From the IMG/VR virus record IMGVR_UViG_3300027413_000002: 64,000 nucleotides of DNA, one strand, 5' to 3'. Both the position numbers and the translations under genes were made by a program. The notes under the pieces are model-generated. The model made no database searches. It had not been told where the DNA came from and saw only the letters and a program-made list of their open reading frames with translations. Below, piece after piece: positions 63,365 to 64,000 of this stretch (its first letter is position 1; each line of letters opens with the position of its first letter). The stretch is from a virus.

Positions 63365-64000
63365 TTAAATTACAGAGTTTGGCTCGAGAGCCAGCCAGTA
63401 TTTCATAGTCCCTGATTCATTTTCAAGGAACATAAACTTCTTTTGTGACAAGACGATCTTATAAGAATCGGCAATCACTTTGAAGTTCTCAACAGCGAGA
63501 CGGCAATCAAACTCTTTATCAGTCTCACCAATAACCTGACGGAAGGTGTTACTACGAGGAGTTGATGGGTCACCGACAGACAATGTCACTTCACCGTCAC
63601 GACCAACAACACTCATTACTGGTGCACTGATAACAGAAGCAGCACGAGTGATAGTCGTGATTTGCTCTTTATCCATCGTGAATTCAAAGAAGTTATCGAC
63701 ATCAATAGTCTTGTCAGGGGCAGCAGTAATGATAGATGGGTCTGCGTAGAAATACTCAAACTCAGCACCACCGCTGTTGATTTTTAAACTCCCTTCACCA
63801 AGATCAAGATCTGGAGTATCAGTGAATGTCAGCAAACCCAACAGGCTGTTGAGGTCATAGATAGCGAACTCTTTGTCAAAAGATTCCGTCACTGTGGCGC
63901 GGGAGAAAATGTTCTTGCCAGCACTGATAGTGGCAAGGGTGTTACCTTCACGAACTAGAATGTTCGAGTTAATCGTTGCGAAGTTTTTTAAGACTTCAAG
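63365..64000 (-). CDS. 45: sliding clamp (gp45), N-terminus beyond window
   Basis: LKNFATINSN, FAIYDL, C-terminal YWLALE. Confidence 0.9.
   Translation of the reverse strand, partial: LEVLKNFATINSNILVREGNTLATISAGKNIFSRATVTESFDKEFAIYDLNSLLGLLTFTDTPDLDLGEGSLKINSGGAEFEYFYADPSIITAAPDKTIDVDNFFEFTMDKEQITTITRAASVISAPVMSVVGRDGEVTLSVGDPSTPRSNTFRQVIGETDKEFDCRLAVENFKVIADSYKIVLSQKKFMFLENESGTMKYWLALEPNSVI

Overview
A 64 kb segment of a T4-like (gp41/43/44/45/61/62, uvsX, regA, rnh) phage genome, most likely from an aquatic phage of a Gram-negative proteobacterium (spanins, proteobacterial-type IscU, sigma70-type promoters). Almost all genes are on the minus strand. Layout: ~0-12 kb accessory/early region of small ORFs driven by repeated promoter cassettes. 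~12.3-16.6 kb is a translationally coupled operon (TET/JBP dioxygenase, class II glutamine amidotransferase, GNAT acetyltransferase, aGPT-PPlase2/amino acid:DNA transferase, unknown ORF, P-loop kinase). This is the best candidate for an undescribed system: a post-replicative DNA base hypermodification pathway, possibly T -> 5hmU -> 5-phosphomethyl-U -> 5-aminomethyl-U -> 5-acetamidomethyl-U. ~16.8-25 kb holds auxiliary enzymes (IscU, UDP-sugar dehydrogenase, dCMP deaminase, radical SAM, SGNH-like paralogs). ~25-37 kb is nucleotide metabolism and primase (rnh, nrdA/B, thyX, gp61). ~37-49 kb is late virion/internal-head genes, many with T4-type capsid-targeting N-termini, plus an M15 endolysin. 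Two tRNAs and a lysis cassette follow, and the replication module runs to the window end. Regulatory features read directly from the sequence: a 16-bp-spacer early promoter class, near-identical 46-bp repeats flanking the modification island, predicted leaderless mRNAs, a T4-style RBS-occluding hairpin containing a late promoter, and a divergent promoter facing a structured non-coding stretch. All functional calls come from motif recognition by eye; no database searches were run.
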